From Elusimicrobiota bacterium (GTDB lineage Bacteria > Elusimicrobiota > Elusimicrobia > UBA1565 > JACRDR01), in the NCBI GenBank assembly GCA_026388115.1, contig JAPLKK010000035.1, positions 1-62,578 of the forward strand: 62,578 bases of DNA. The letters are read 5' to 3'. Positions within the stretch are counted from its first letter, which is position 1; every line of letters starts with the position of its first letter. This document shows, in pieces, positions 8,504 to 18,083 of this stretch. The position numbers and the translations under genes are program-made. The notes under the pieces are model-generated. The model was not told the origin of the DNA, made no database searches, and was given only the letters and a program-made list of their open reading frames with translations.

Positions 8504-9768
8504 CGCCCGAAGGGCCGGCCGACGGCGCGCTCGAGGCGCGAGCGCGCGAGGATGTGCTCTTGGACGCTGGTGAGCCAGCGCTCCTCGGCGCCCAACACGG
8601 CCACCTGGGAGCGCAGCGCGGCGAGGCTCGGGGCCGGCGCGCCGATCTCGGCCGCCTCGGTCAGCGACTTGAGCTTGGCGTACTCCTCCTCTCGGGCGGG
8701 CCATTCCTTCTGCCAATATTGCAAATCTGAAAAGGCTTGGCTGACCTCGAGCCGCACCTGGTCGTGGATCTCGGCGCGCTTGATGTCTCCCTGGCGCTGC
8801 TCGGCGCGCTTTTGCCGCAGCTCCGTCCAGAAATCGTAGCTGAAGGGGATCTTCAGGCCGATGGTCATGTCCCAGTTGTTCTGCCGGAGCGGGAACTCCT
8901 GGCCCGTCAACTCGTAGTCGGCGCCGATCGCGAGCGTCGGGTTGCGGCGGCCCAAGGCGAGGTTGACCGCGATGGCGTCGATCTGAGCGCGGTACGTCTC
9001 GGCCCGCAGTTCCGGCCGGAGCTCGGTGGCCCAGACGATGGCCTGGTCGAGGTTGATGTCCACGGGCTTCGTCTCGAGCCCGCCGGTCAGGCGCACCGGC
9101 GTGTCGAACTCCAGGTTCAGCCCCTTGAGGAACTCGAGCCGCGCGGCCTCCACCTGGTGGAGGGCGGCGCCGCGGCGCGAGCGCAGGTCGGCGGCCAGGG
9201 CCTCGGCCTCGACGCGCTCCCAGCCCGAGAGGGGGCGCGCAAGCAGGCGCTGGGCGGCCTCGGCGCGGCGCGAGACGGCGGCTTCGATCTCCTGGGAAAG
9301 CAAGAGGCGGTAGAAGGCGCGCTGGGCGCTGAGGGCGACGTCGAGCTTGACCGCGTCGTACTGCGTCTGCTTCTGCTTGAGATTGGTCTCGGCGAGCCGC
9401 AGCAGGTTCGCCGTGCGGCCGCCCTCATAGACCGGCTGGCGCAGGTAGGCGCGGCCCGAGTAGATGCCGGTGCGGTCCGAGGGGAACAACAGGACCGAGC
9501 GGTACTCCGGAGCCAGCGCGAACGGGTAGCGGGCGTCGTAGCGGCTGGCCGAGGCTTGGAGCCCGATCTCCGGGAGGAACTGGAAGGTCGCCTCGGAGAC
9601 GCGCTGCTGGGCGATGATGATGTCCTGTTCCGCCGAGAGGAGCTGGGGGCTGTTCAGCAGCGCGACGCGCTGCGCCTCCTCGGTCGTGAAGCTCCGGCTG
9701 ACAGGGCTGTCCTGCGCGAGGGCGGGGACCGCCGCGAGAAGCCACGCGAACAGCACGGTGCCTGACAT
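8500..9768 (-). CDS. TolC family outer membrane efflux protein
   Basis: Signal peptide; 'ALLNSPQL', 'LPEIGLQAS', 'LRQPVYEGG', 'RPEL', 'AR..LERAVG' pattern. Confidence 0.85.
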   Translation of the reverse strand: MSGTVLFAWLLAAVPALAQDSPVSRSFTTEEAQRVALLNSPQLLSAEQDIIIAQQRVSEATFQFLPEIGLQASASRYDARYPFALAPEYRSVLLFPSDRTGIYSGRAYLRQPVYEGGRTANLLRLAETNLKQKQTQYDAVKLDVALSAQRAFYRLLLSQEIEAAVSRRAEAAQRLLARPLSGWERVEAEALAADLRSRRGAALHQVEAARLEFLKGLNLEFDTPVRLTGGLETKPVDINLDQAIVWATELRPELRAETYRAQIDAIAVNLALGRRNPTLAIGADYELTGQEFPLRQNNWDMTIGLKIPFSYDFWTELRQKRAEQRQGDIKRAEIHDQVRLEVSQAFSDLQYWQKEWPAREEEYAKLKSLTEAAEIGAPAPSLAALRSQVAVLGAEERWLTSVQEHILARSRLERAVGRPFGR

Positions 9769-9825
9769 CAACCGATGGAACTTGTTGCTCGCCGATAAGT
9801 TCGATAAGTTGACGTCAGGCACGGT

Positions 9826-10386
9826 TTAGACCTTGAACCCCGTCGTCAGGTGCGCGAGCTCGGCGTGCAGGGCCTTCAGCTCCTCGCGCGCCCCGCCTGC
9901 GTCTCCGTCCGGAAGGCGCTTGACCGCCTCGTCGAGCCGCGAGCCCAGGCGCGCGATCAGCGCCCGGTCCTTCTGCACCTGGCTCTGCAGGCTCGCGACC
10001 ATCGCGTTGAACTCCTCCTGCAGCTCCAGGAGGTCGTCGCCGGTGCGCAAGGACACCCGGTGCGTGAGGTCCAAGCCCGCCACCGCCTGCGCCGATTTCT
10101 CGAAGCGGTAGATCGGGCCGGCGAAGCGATGGGAGACGAACAGGGATACCAGGAAGATGATCCCCAAATACAGCGCCATCTTCAGCAAGATCATGTTGTT
10201 GACCTGGCTGATGGTCCCCGCCAAGGACGGGTTCTCCTGGAGGATCAGGTGCGTCATCGTGTAATAGATGTCGCCTCCGACCATCAGCGCCGCCAGCACC
10301 ACGCTCCCGAAGATGATCGCGACGTATTTCAGCTGGAGCGTCCGCTTGACGAGGACGGTCCGGCGCTGGAACTTCTGCTCGGCCAT
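9826..10386 (-). CDS. Small membrane protein with HAMP domain (MCP-like N-terminal module)
   Basis: Two TM segments; 'SHRFAGPIYRFE...LRTGDDLLELQEEFN' HAMP motif. Confidence 0.8.
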   Translation of the reverse strand: MAEQKFQRRTVLVKRTLQLKYVAIIFGSVVLAALMVGGDIYYTMTHLILQENPSLAGTISQVNNMILLKMALYLGIIFLVSLFVSHRFAGPIYRFEKSAQAVAGLDLTHRVSLRTGDDLLELQEEFNAMVASLQSQVQKDRALIARLGSRLDEAVKRLPDGDAGGAREELKALHAELAHLTTGFKV

Positions 10387-11453
10387 TAGCGTGCCCCCGC
10401 CGGCTGGGCGGCCGCGGCCGTCGTCGCGCCGGTGAGCGTGTCGAGGAGCTTGAGCCAGTCCTTGTCCACGGTCTTCAGCGTCCCGACCGCCTCGGCCAGC
10501 GATACCGCGACGATCTGGTCGCCTTTCTGCGCGACCATGTGGCCGAACTTGCCCTCGTGCACGAGCTGCGCCGCCTTGACCCCGACGCGCGTGCCGAGCA
10601 TCCGGTCGAACAGCGTCGGCGGACCGCCGCGCTGGATGTGGCCGATGACGGCCGAGCGCGTCTCGATGCCGGTCTCTTTCTGGATCACCTCGGTGAGGCG
10701 CTCGGCCACGCCGCGCGCCTTGAGGATCATGTGGCCGAACTCGTCGAGCTTCTCCTCCTGCTTGTCTCCGGGCAGCTCGATCGCCTCGCTGGCCACGACC
10801 AGCGCGACGTTCTTGCGCGCATGGGCCGCTTTGAGCTTGGCCGTCATGTCCTTGACGTCCACGGGCCGCTCCGGCAGGCACACGTAGTCGGCGCCGGCGG
10901 CGATGCCGGTGAACAGCGCCACCCAGCCCGCGTGGCGGCCCATCACCTCGAGCACCATTACGCGCCGGTGGCTGCGGCCGGTGTCGCGCAGTCGCTCGGC
11001 CGCGTCCACGGCGATCGTCGCCGCGGTGTCGAAGCCGAAGGTATAGTCGGTGGCGGAGAGGTCGTTGTCCATCGTCTTCGGCACGCCGACGACGTTGGCC
11101 CCGAAGTCCTTGTACAGCTTGTTGGCCACGCCGAGGGTGTCCTCGCCGCCCATCGCGATCAGCGCGTCGATCTTGTGCTTCTTGAAGGTCTCCATCACCC
11201 GCTGCTGGCCGTTCTCCTTCTTGTACGGGTTGGTGCGCGAGGTGCCGAGGATCGTGCCGCCCTTGCCGACGATCTCCTCGACGTCGGCGGCGGACAAGGG
11301 CCGGTAGGTGCCCTCGATCATGCCCTTCCACCCTTCGAGCATGCCGATGCACTCATAGCCCAGCGAAGCGGCCTGGAGGACCGCTCCGCGGATGGCGGGG
11401 TTGAGTCCCGGGCAATCCCCGCCGCCGGTGAGCAACGCGATGCGCTTGGCCAT
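10386..11453 (-). CDS. pfkA: 6-phosphofructokinase, group III, probably PPi-using
   Basis: 'LTGGGDCPGLN', 'GGTILGTSR', 'GGEDT', 'PKTMDND', 'EVMGR.AGW', 'GHIQRGG.P'. Confidence 0.95.
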   Translation of the reverse strand: MAKRIALLTGGGDCPGLNPAIRGAVLQAASLGYECIGMLEGWKGMIEGTYRPLSAADVEEIVGKGGTILGTSRTNPYKKENGQQRVMETFKKHKIDALIAMGGEDTLGVANKLYKDFGANVVGVPKTMDNDLSATDYTFGFDTAATIAVDAAERLRDTGRSHRRVMVLEVMGRHAGWVALFTGIAAGADYVCLPERPVDVKDMTAKLKAAHARKNVALVVASEAIELPGDKQEEKLDEFGHMILKARGVAERLTEVIQKETGIETRSAVIGHIQRGGPPTLFDRMLGTRVGVKAAQLVHEGKFGHMVAQKGDQIVAVSLAEAVGTLKTVDKDWLKLLDTLTGATTAAAAQPAGAR

Positions 11454-11764
11454 CAATAGTCTCCTTGGGCGGCCCTGCCCGACCCTGAGCCTGTCGAAAG
11501 GGCAAGGGGGCCGCTCATGTACCACGTCGGGTCGACCGCGCCCGCCAGCTCCGAGGTCTTGATGCCGTAGCGGTCGAGCCAACTGTGGGCGTGCTGGTCT
11601 ACGATCTTGTTGAGCGTCTTCATGCGCTCGACGGCGGTCGTCTGCAGGAACTTGAACCGGCTGCTGACGTCGGTGATCTGCCGCAGGCCCATCAGCTTGC
11701 CCGGGCTCATCTTCGCGAAATGCTCTTTCAGCGCCGCCGCTTTGTCCGTCACCGCTTGTGCCAT
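11453..11764 (-). CDS. Small hypothetical protein (103 aa)
   Basis: AGGAG SD before ATG 11764; fills gap in a same-strand operon; C-terminus runs through a REP-like sequence at 11483-11503. Confidence 0.55.
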   Translation of the reverse strand: MAQAVTDKAAALKEHFAKMSPGKLMGLRQITDVSSRFKFLQTTAVERMKTLNKIVDQHAHSWLDRYGIKTSELAGAVDPTWYMSGPLALSTGSGSGRAAQGDY

Positions 11765-11799
11765 TTTCTGTCTCCTGGAGTCTGACGTCCCTCCAGTCG

Positions 11800-12582
11800 T
11801 CAGAAGTTTCCGGTGTACTTGAAGTTCACGATCCGCTCGGACCCGCGCGCGACGCCGTTGGTGAACGCCCCGCCCTGGCCGATGCTGCGTACCGCGAAAT
11901 CGAGATGGAAGTTCGGGTTGATGTAGGTGCGGAAACCCAGGTTGACCCGGCTGTCGAGGAAGTTGCTGAGGTTGTCCCACTCGGCCATGAGCAGGACCTT
12001 GTCCTTGATGTTGTAATCGGCGCCCAGGAAGCCGAAGATCGCGTTCGAGTTGAAATCCGACATGTTCATGCCGGCGTGGGCGTGGAGGCCCGGGACGACG
12101 ATCTCCTGCGAGGCCGCCAGATACGCCCCGCGCTGGCGCTGGTTCCACTTCAGCTCCGGCCGGTTGTAGGCGTATCCTTGGCCGTCGAAGCCGAGCGCGA
12201 GGGCCGGCAGCCGACGCTCGCCGTCGTAGAGGCGGAACCTCACCTGGAGGTCGGGCCGCGTCACCTGGACGGGCGTCGCCGTCCCGACCAGCCGGTCCAC
12301 GTTCATGGACGCGCCGATGTTGAGGCGCTGGAAGACGCCGAAGGAGATCCATTCCATGACGCCGCCCGAGGAAAAGAACCGCGTCCGGCTCGAATAGCCG
12401 CCGTAGTCGAGGATCGCCGCGGTCGGCACGTCGATGAGCTCGGTGTCGGGCGCGATCAGCGTCCTCTCCACCTTCTCGGAGTCGGCGCCCGCCTCCGCGC
12501 CCCTCGCGCTCTTGACCGCCGGCCATGCCGGAGCCGAGAGCAGCAGGACGGCCAGCGCGGCCGCGATCGGCTGTTTTCTCAT
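11800..12582 (-). CDS. YjbH-like outer membrane beta-barrel protein
   Basis: Signal peptide; 'LIDVPTAAIL', 'LPALALG.DGQG', alternating beta-strand pattern, terminal Phe. Confidence 0.7.
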   Translation of the reverse strand: MRKQPIAAALAVLLLSAPAWPAVKSARGAEAGADSEKVERTLIAPDTELIDVPTAAILDYGGYSSRTRFFSSGGVMEWISFGVFQRLNIGASMNVDRLVGTATPVQVTRPDLQVRFRLYDGERRLPALALGFDGQGYAYNRPELKWNQRQRGAYLAASQEIVVPGLHAHAGMNMSDFNSNAIFGFLGADYNIKDKVLLMAEWDNLSNFLDSRVNLGFRTYINPNFHLDFAVRSIGQGGAFTNGVARGSERIVNFKYTGNF

Positions 12583-13697
12583 GGCGTCTTGGGCGGCGAC
12601 GGCGGCGCGGGGGTCTTCTTCTTGACGCGCCGCTTCTGGGCCGGCTTGGTCTTCGCCTTGCCGGTGTTCACCGTCGCCTGCGTCACCGTGGTCTTGCCCG
12701 TGTCCACCGTCGCCTGCGTCGCCCCGGCCTTCGCCGTGTCCACGGCCGATACCGTCGGGGCGCTCTCGCGCACGCCGAGGCGCGCTTTGAGCTGGGCGCG
12801 CGCCAGGTCGATCATCTGCTTGGTGGCCGGGTCCTTCTCGGATCCGAAGGCCTCGTCCAACGCCTTCAGGCCCCCCTGCTGGTCGCCGATAGCCCCCACG
12901 ACCTGCGCGCCTTGCTGGCGCAGGCGCGCCTCGGGGTTCTTGAGCAGGTCGATGCCGACTGGGAGGCCCGAGTTGTCGCCGAAGCGGCCCAAGGCGAGCG
13001 CGGCCTGCACGCGCACCTGGACGTCCGGGTCGGCCAGCTTCGTCTTGATCGCGTCCGCGGCCGAGCGGTCGCCGATGGCGGCCAGCGCCCGGATGGCCTG
13101 TTGGCGCACGGCGGCGTCGGAGTCGCCCGCTGCCGCGACGAGCGCGCCGAGGCTCTGGCGGGAGCCGATCCGCTCGAGCGCGGCGACCGCCGCCTGCCGG
13201 GTGGCGACGTCGGGCGCGCTCAGCATCTCGACGAGCTTCGGCACCGCCTTCTCCGCGCGCAGGTTCCCGGCGGTCCGGGCCGCGGCGAAGCGGACGGATA
13301 GGTCTGGATCCGAAAGGGCTTTCACGAGCGCGTCCTCGGTCGAGGGATCGCCAAGATACGTCAAGGATATCGCCGCCTGGGTGCGCACTCTGGCGTCCGG
13401 GTCCTTGGTCAGGCGCTCGGCGATCTTGGGGCCGCCCGCGCGCAGCAACCCGAGCGTGTCGATGACGGCCGAGCGGACGGGAGCGTCCGGGTCCGACAAG
13501 GCGTCGAGCAGCCCCGGCACGGCCTTGGGGTCGCGCAGGCGCGCAAGCTCTCCGGCGGCCTGCCGGCGGAGGTTCGGGTCCTTGTCCTTCAGCTTGACGA
13601 TCGCCGCGTCCAGGGGGTCCGGTTGCTGCGCGCGCGCGACCCCGGAGGACGCGAAAAGGACGGCAGCGCCGACGAAAACGCAGAATAATCGCCGCAT
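12579..13697 (-). CDS. HEAT (PBS lyase) repeat protein, secreted, Lys-rich tail
   Basis: Repeated 'L.D.D..VR..AA.ALG' units; signal peptide. Confidence 0.9.
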   Translation of the reverse strand: MRRLFCVFVGAAVLFASSGVARAQQPDPLDAAIVKLKDKDPNLRRQAAGELARLRDPKAVPGLLDALSDPDAPVRSAVIDTLGLLRAGGPKIAERLTKDPDARVRTQAAISLTYLGDPSTEDALVKALSDPDLSVRFAAARTAGNLRAEKAVPKLVEMLSAPDVATRQAAVAALERIGSRQSLGALVAAAGDSDAAVRQQAIRALAAIGDRSAADAIKTKLADPDVQVRVQAALALGRFGDNSGLPVGIDLLKNPEARLRQQGAQVVGAIGDQQGGLKALDEAFGSEKDPATKQMIDLARAQLKARLGVRESAPTVSAVDTAKAGATQATVDTGKTTVTQATVNTGKAKTKPAQKRRVKKKTPAPPSPPKTP

Positions 13698-13755
13698 GAG
13701 CAGCGCAGATTTTAGCTTTATATTAAGGAAAGCTTCAACGTAGCGCCACGAGCTG

Positions 13756-13796
13756 CTCCCTCCCCTCTTGTGAGGGAGGGCTGGGGTGGGGGGGAA
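13756..13796. repeat. REP-like element, type B copy 1
   Basis: CTCCCTCCCCTCTTGTGAGGGAGGGCTGGGGTGGGGGGGAA; near-identical copy at 55738-55777. Confidence 0.75.
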
Positions 13797-13799
13797 GCC

Positions 13800-14177
13800 T
13801 TACGCCTTCGCCAACGTCTCTTCAAGGAGCTTGTGCAGCTGCTCGATGTCGAAAGGCTTCTGGATGACGCTGAGCGCCCCGCTCATGAGGGCGACGCCCT
13901 TTTCCTTCACGGTGTCACGGCTGGTCATGATGATGACCTTGGGCGCCTTGGAGCCCAGCTTGGTGCCGATCTCATAGGCCACGTGATAGCCGTCGATGTA
14001 GGGCATCATCACGTCAAGCAGGCAGACGTCGATCGGCTCGGTGGTCGCCATGCGCAGAGCCTCCTTCCCGTTGACCGCGACGAGAACCTCGTAGTTCTGG
14101 TAGCCGAGGTCCATGCGCAGCAGCTCGACGAGATCCGGATCGTCGTCGGCGACTAGGACCCGCTTTCGATCTGCCAT
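13800..14177 (-). CDS. Single-domain response regulator receiver
   Basis: 'VLVADDD', phospho-acceptor 'LLDVMMP.IDG', 'MTS', 'QKPF'. Confidence 0.95.
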   Translation of the reverse strand: MADRKRVLVADDDPDLVELLRMDLGYQNYEVLVAVNGKEALRMATTEPIDVCLLDVMMPYIDGYHVAYEIGTKLGSKAPKVIIMTSRDTVKEKGVALMSGALSVIQKPFDIEQLHKLLEETLAKA

Positions 14178-17100
14178 GTCTTCTCTCCCAGGACCTTCTC
14201 AAGATCGTCGAACAGGGATTCCTCCAGTCTCACGGAGGCGTCCGTTTCCACCAGCGCCGTGCCGTGGGCCGGGGTGTCTAGTTGCAACGTTACGGGACAG
14301 CGGCCCGGGTGCTTGGCCAGGACCCGCCGCAGGTCCTCGAGCACGGGCTTCTCGAGCGCCGCGGTCGAGAAAGGGATCGTGAGCCGCTTGGCCAGGCGCG
14401 CCACCGCGTGCTCGATCGGCAGGATCTCGTCGGCGATCAGCTCGACCGACTGCTTCTCCGCGTCCGCGCGCGCGTCGCCGCGCGAGTTGACGCGGCCGGC
14501 GACCGTCACGATGGCGTTGAGTTCCAGGAGCTTGCCGAGCCCTTCGGCGTATTTTCGGGGGAACACCAGCACCGTGATCTCGCCCGTCAGGTCCTCGAGG
14601 ACCGCGCGGGCGTACTGCTCGCCCTTTTCCTTGGTGAGGAGCTTTTTGATCTGGACCAGCATCCCCGCGAGCCGCACCTGGCCCGTCACCTCGGGCCCGA
14701 GCTTGTCGACGGTATGGGTCGCGACGAGGCCGAGCCGGTCCTCGTAGCGCACGAGAGGATGGCCCGACAGATAGAAGCCGAGCACTTCCTTTTCCGCCTT
14801 GAGAACGTCGTGCTCATGGAGCGCCGCCGCCTCGGCGCGGCCGTTGGCGGGCGGCGGGGCGACCTCGTCGGCGCCGAACAGCATCCCCTGGCCCCGGCCG
14901 ACGTCTTCTTTGAGCTTGGCTTGGCGCGCCATCGTCTCTTCCAGCAGGGAGAAGAGCGTCGCGCGTCCGACGCCGACGGGCTTGCCCGGCATGAACGCGT
15001 CCATGGCCCCCGCCTGAATCAGGGACTCGAACACCTTCTTGTTCGCCGCCTTCATGTCCACCCGCCGGCAGAAATCCTCGAGCGAGGTGAACGGCCCGTC
15101 CTTTCGGGCGAGGGCGATGGACTCGGCGGCGCCCGTGCCCACGTTCTTGATGGCGACCAGGCCGAAGCGGATGGCGGGGCCTTCCATCGAGAAGAGCACC
15201 TCGGACTTCTGCACGTCCGGCGCCAGGACCTCGAGGCCCATCGCCTTGGCCTCGTTGAGGTAGGTGACGAGCTTGTTCTCCTTGCCCTCGACCATAGCGC
15301 TGTGGCCGATCTCGGAGGTGAGCAGCGCCGTCATGAACTCCAGCGGATAGTTGGCCTTCATCCACGCCGTCTGATAGGCGAGGAGGCCGTAGGCCGCGCT
15401 GTGCGATTTATTGAATCCATACCCCCCGAACTCGCACATCTGATCGTAGATCTTGTTGGAGACTTTATCGGCGATCTCGTTCTTCTTGGAGCCCTTCACG
15501 AAGTCGCCGCGCTGCTTCTCCAGCTCCGCGGGGATCTTCTTTCCCATCGCCTTGCGCAGGGTGTCGGCCTGCCCGGCGGTGAAGCCGGCCAGAGACTTGG
15601 AGATCTCCATCACCTGCTCTTGATACACCATGCAGCCGTAGGTGTCCTGCATGATCGGCTTGAGCAGGGCATGATCGTAGACGACCTTCTTCTCGCCATG
15701 CTTGCGCGCGACGAAGTCGTCGACCATGCCGCTCTTCATCGGGCCGGGGCGGTACAGCGCCACGAGGGCGACGATGTCCGAGAATACGGTGGGCTTCAGC
15801 TTGCGCACCAGGTCGCGGATCCCTTCGGAGTCCAGCTGGAACACGCCGAGGGTCTTGCCCGACTGGAGCAGCTGGAACGTTTTTCCGTCGGCCACCGGGA
15901 CCGCCGCGAGGAACTCCTGGTACGGCTTGGCGATGTCGGGGTGGCGGGCGTTGATGTTCTCGATGGCGTGCTGCATGATGGAGAGGGTCCGCAGGCCCAA
16001 GAAGTCCATCTTCAGCAGGCCCAGCTTCGGCAGAACCTCGCCGTCGTACTGCGTCGTGACCACCTCGTTGCTCCCCCTGGACAGGGGCGAGTAGGTGACG
16101 ACAGGGTCCTTGGTGATGACGATGCCGGCCGCGTGCACGCTCGTGTTGCGCTTGAGCCCCTCGAGCTTCTGGGCGAGCGTCAAGAGCTGCTTGACCTCCG
16201 GCGCCTTCGAGGCCTCCTGAAGCTCGGGCGAGCTGGCCAGCGTCTCCGGGATGGTCTGGCCGAACGGGATCATCTTGGCCAGCTTGTCCACCTCGGCGAG
16301 CGGGGTGTTGAGCACTCGGCCCACGTCGCGGATGGCGGCGCGCGCCGCCATGGAGGTGAAGGTGATGATGCGCGCGACGTTCGCGTCGCCGTATTTTTGG
16401 CGCACGTACTCGATCACCGTCTCGCGGCCCTCGTCGGAGAAGTCGATGTCCAGGTCCGGCATGGACTTGCGGTCGGGATTCAGGAACCGCTCGAACAAGA
16501 GGGAGTGCTCGATGGGGTCCAGCAGCGTGATGTCGAGCGCGTAGGAGACGATCGAGCCGGCGCCCGAGCCGCGCCCGGGGCCCACCGGCACGCCGATCTT
16601 CTTGGCGTGGTTGATGAAGTCCCAGACGATGAGGAAGTAGCCCGAGAACCCCATCTTCTTGATGACGCCGAGCTCGTACTGCAGGCGAGCGCGGTGAGCG
16701 TCGGTATTGCGGTTCTTGCGCGCCAAGCCCTCGCGGCAAAGGTGCTCTAGGTAGCTGTCCTGCGTGAACCCTTCGGGCACCGCGTAGTGGGGCAGGAGGA
16801 GCTGGTCGGTCCGGATCTCGACGTGGCACATGTCGGCGATCTTCAGCGTGTTCGCGAGAGACTCGGGAGCGAAGGAGAAGATCTTCGCCATCTCGTCGGC
16901 GGTCTTGAAATAGAACTCGTGGCTCTCGAACTTCAGCCGGTTGGTGTCGGCGATCTTCCGCCCGGTGGCGATGCAGAGCCTGGCGTCCTGCGCGTCGTTA
17001 TCGGATTTTTTCGCGTAATGGTTGTCGTTGGTCGCCACCAGCGGCAGCTTCGTCCGCTCGTGTATCTCGAGGATGGCCTTGAGCACCTGACGCTGTTTCT

Positions 17101-17671
17101 CGAGGCCGTGGTCCATGATCTCGAGGAAGAAGCAGCCCGGATCCAGGATCTCCTGGTATTGCCCGACCATCTCGAGCGCCTTTTTCAAGTCGCCGGCGGT
17201 GATGGTCTGGCAGATCTCGCTCTTCAGGCAGCCCGAGAGGACGATCAGGCCCTTCGAGTGCTTGGCGAGCAGCTCCCGGTCGATGCGCGCGTCGTAGTAG
17301 AAGCCCTCGAGGAAGCCCGCCGTCGAGAGCGCCAGCAGGTTCTGGTAGCCCTCGTTGTTGCGCGCGAACACGGTGAGGTGGCAGTTGTCCTTCTGGGAGC
17401 CTCCCCGGTCTTTGCGCGAGCCCTTGGCCATGTACAGCTCGGAGCCGATGATCGGCTTGATGCCGACCTCGTTGCACCGCGTGTAGAACTCGATGGCGCC
17501 GTAGAGGTTTCCGTGGTCGCTGAGCCCCATCCCGCGCGCTTTCTCGTGAGCCAGGCTCTTGAGCAGCTCCGACGGACCCTTGCCCTCCATGTCGGAGAAG
17601 CGCGTGATCCCGTCGAGCAGCGAGTACTCGGAGTGGTTATGGAGATGGACGAACTCGGGGCGGGAGGACAT
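14153..17671 (-). CDS. dnaE: DNA polymerase III alpha subunit
   Basis: PHP 'HLHNHSEYSLLDG', 'GRGSGAGS', 'MPDLDIDF', 'KMDFLGL', 'FGGYGFNKSHS', OB fold; no intein. Confidence 0.98.
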   Translation of the reverse strand: MSSRPEFVHLHNHSEYSLLDGITRFSDMEGKGPSELLKSLAHEKARGMGLSDHGNLYGAIEFYTRCNEVGIKPIIGSELYMAKGSRKDRGGSQKDNCHLTVFARNNEGYQNLLALSTAGFLEGFYYDARIDRELLAKHSKGLIVLSGCLKSEICQTITAGDLKKALEMVGQYQEILDPGCFFLEIMDHGLEKQRQVLKAILEIHERTKLPLVATNDNHYAKKSDNDAQDARLCIATGRKIADTNRLKFESHEFYFKTADEMAKIFSFAPESLANTLKIADMCHVEIRTDQLLLPHYAVPEGFTQDSYLEHLCREGLARKNRNTDAHRARLQYELGVIKKMGFSGYFLIVWDFINHAKKIGVPVGPGRGSGAGSIVSYALDITLLDPIEHSLLFERFLNPDRKSMPDLDIDFSDEGRETVIEYVRQKYGDANVARIITFTSMAARAAIRDVGRVLNTPLAEVDKLAKMIPFGQTIPETLASSPELQEASKAPEVKQLLTLAQKLEGLKRNTSVHAAGIVITKDPVVTYSPLSRGSNEVVTTQYDGEVLPKLGLLKMDFLGLRTLSIMQHAIENINARHPDIAKPYQEFLAAVPVADGKTFQLLQSGKTLGVFQLDSEGIRDLVRKLKPTVFSDIVALVALYRPGPMKSGMVDDFVARKHGEKKVVYDHALLKPIMQDTYGCMVYQEQVMEISKSLAGFTAGQADTLRKAMGKKIPAELEKQRGDFVKGSKKNEIADKVSNKIYDQMCEFGGYGFNKSHSAAYGLLAYQTAWMKANYPLEFMTALLTSEIGHSAMVEGKENKLVTYLNEAKAMGLEVLAPDVQKSEVLFSMEGPAIRFGLVAIKNVGTGAAESIALARKDGPFTSLEDFCRRVDMKAANKKVFESLIQAGAMDAFMPGKPVGVGRATLFSLLEETMARQAKLKEDVGRGQGMLFGADEVAPPPANGRAEAAALHEHDVLKAEKEVLGFYLSGHPLVRYEDRLGLVATHTVDKLGPEVTGQVRLAGMLVQIKKLLTKEKGEQYARAVLEDLTGEITVLVFPRKYAEGLGKLLELNAIVTVAGRVNSRGDARADAEKQSVELIADEILPIEHAVARLAKRLTIPFSTAALEKPVLEDLRRVLAKHPGRCPVTLQLDTPAHGTALVETDASVRLEESLFDDLEKVLGEKTWQIESGS

Positions 17672-17757
17672 GAACCGGGTGAGGTCCGATTATACCAGAC
17701 ATCGCCCGGCCATGACAGAAGCAACCACCGCCGGTCTGCGGGCGAAGGCTCGGGCCG

Positions 17758-17958
17758 TTAGTTTCCGCTTTGCGCGGGCTTGCGGCCGGAGACCTGCACG
17801 CGTAGGATGCGCTTGTTGCCTCGGGGCACTTGGAGGCTCCAGGCCCCGCCGACGAACACCGGGATGATCGTCGCGTTGCCTTGAGACATCCGCTTACCCC
17901 AGGCCTTGAGCAATGACGGAGCGGGCGAGGTCGTGGTCGTGTCGTTGTTTTCGTTCAT
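17758..17958 (-). CDS. Putative small protein (66 aa)
   Basis: TACAAT at 17976-17971 and GGTGA SD-like sequence before ATG; co-oriented with neighbours; no recognisable family. Confidence 0.45.
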   Translation of the reverse strand: MNENNDTTTTSPAPSLLKAWGKRMSQGNATIIPVFVGGAWSLQVPRGNKRILRVQVSGRKPAQSGN

Positions 17959-18083
17959 ACAGTCACCGCCATTGTAGCGCGAGCCCGTTCGGCGGGCCTG
18001 AGTCTTTTAGGACTCTGCGGTTGGTCTTTGTGCCCAGATTCAGGTAGGTCTCAAGGCAAAGCCGGGGCGCTGGACCCGTCCCG

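Noticed and set aside
12650-12750. 12-aa repeats (VDTAK/VDTGK/VNTGK) in the HEAT protein tail
   Set aside because: Short low-complexity linker duplication with no sign of a separate function.
14153-17671. Inteins in dnaE or nrdJ
   Set aside because: Lengths are ordinary and no splice-junction or LAGLIDADG motifs were seen.
17876-18059. 12-bp inverted repeats (TTGCCTTGAGAC / GTCTCAAGGCAA) flanking a promoter, suggesting an invertible switch
   Set aside because: One 12-bp pair at this spacing is plausible by chance in 62 kb, and no recombinase is in the window; read mapping showing both orientations would revive it.
17700-18083. Possible tmRNA, 6S or SRP RNA
   Set aside because: No tRNA-like GGGG/CCA ends, tag reading frame or SRP GGAA domain found by eye; kept only as an unexplained region.
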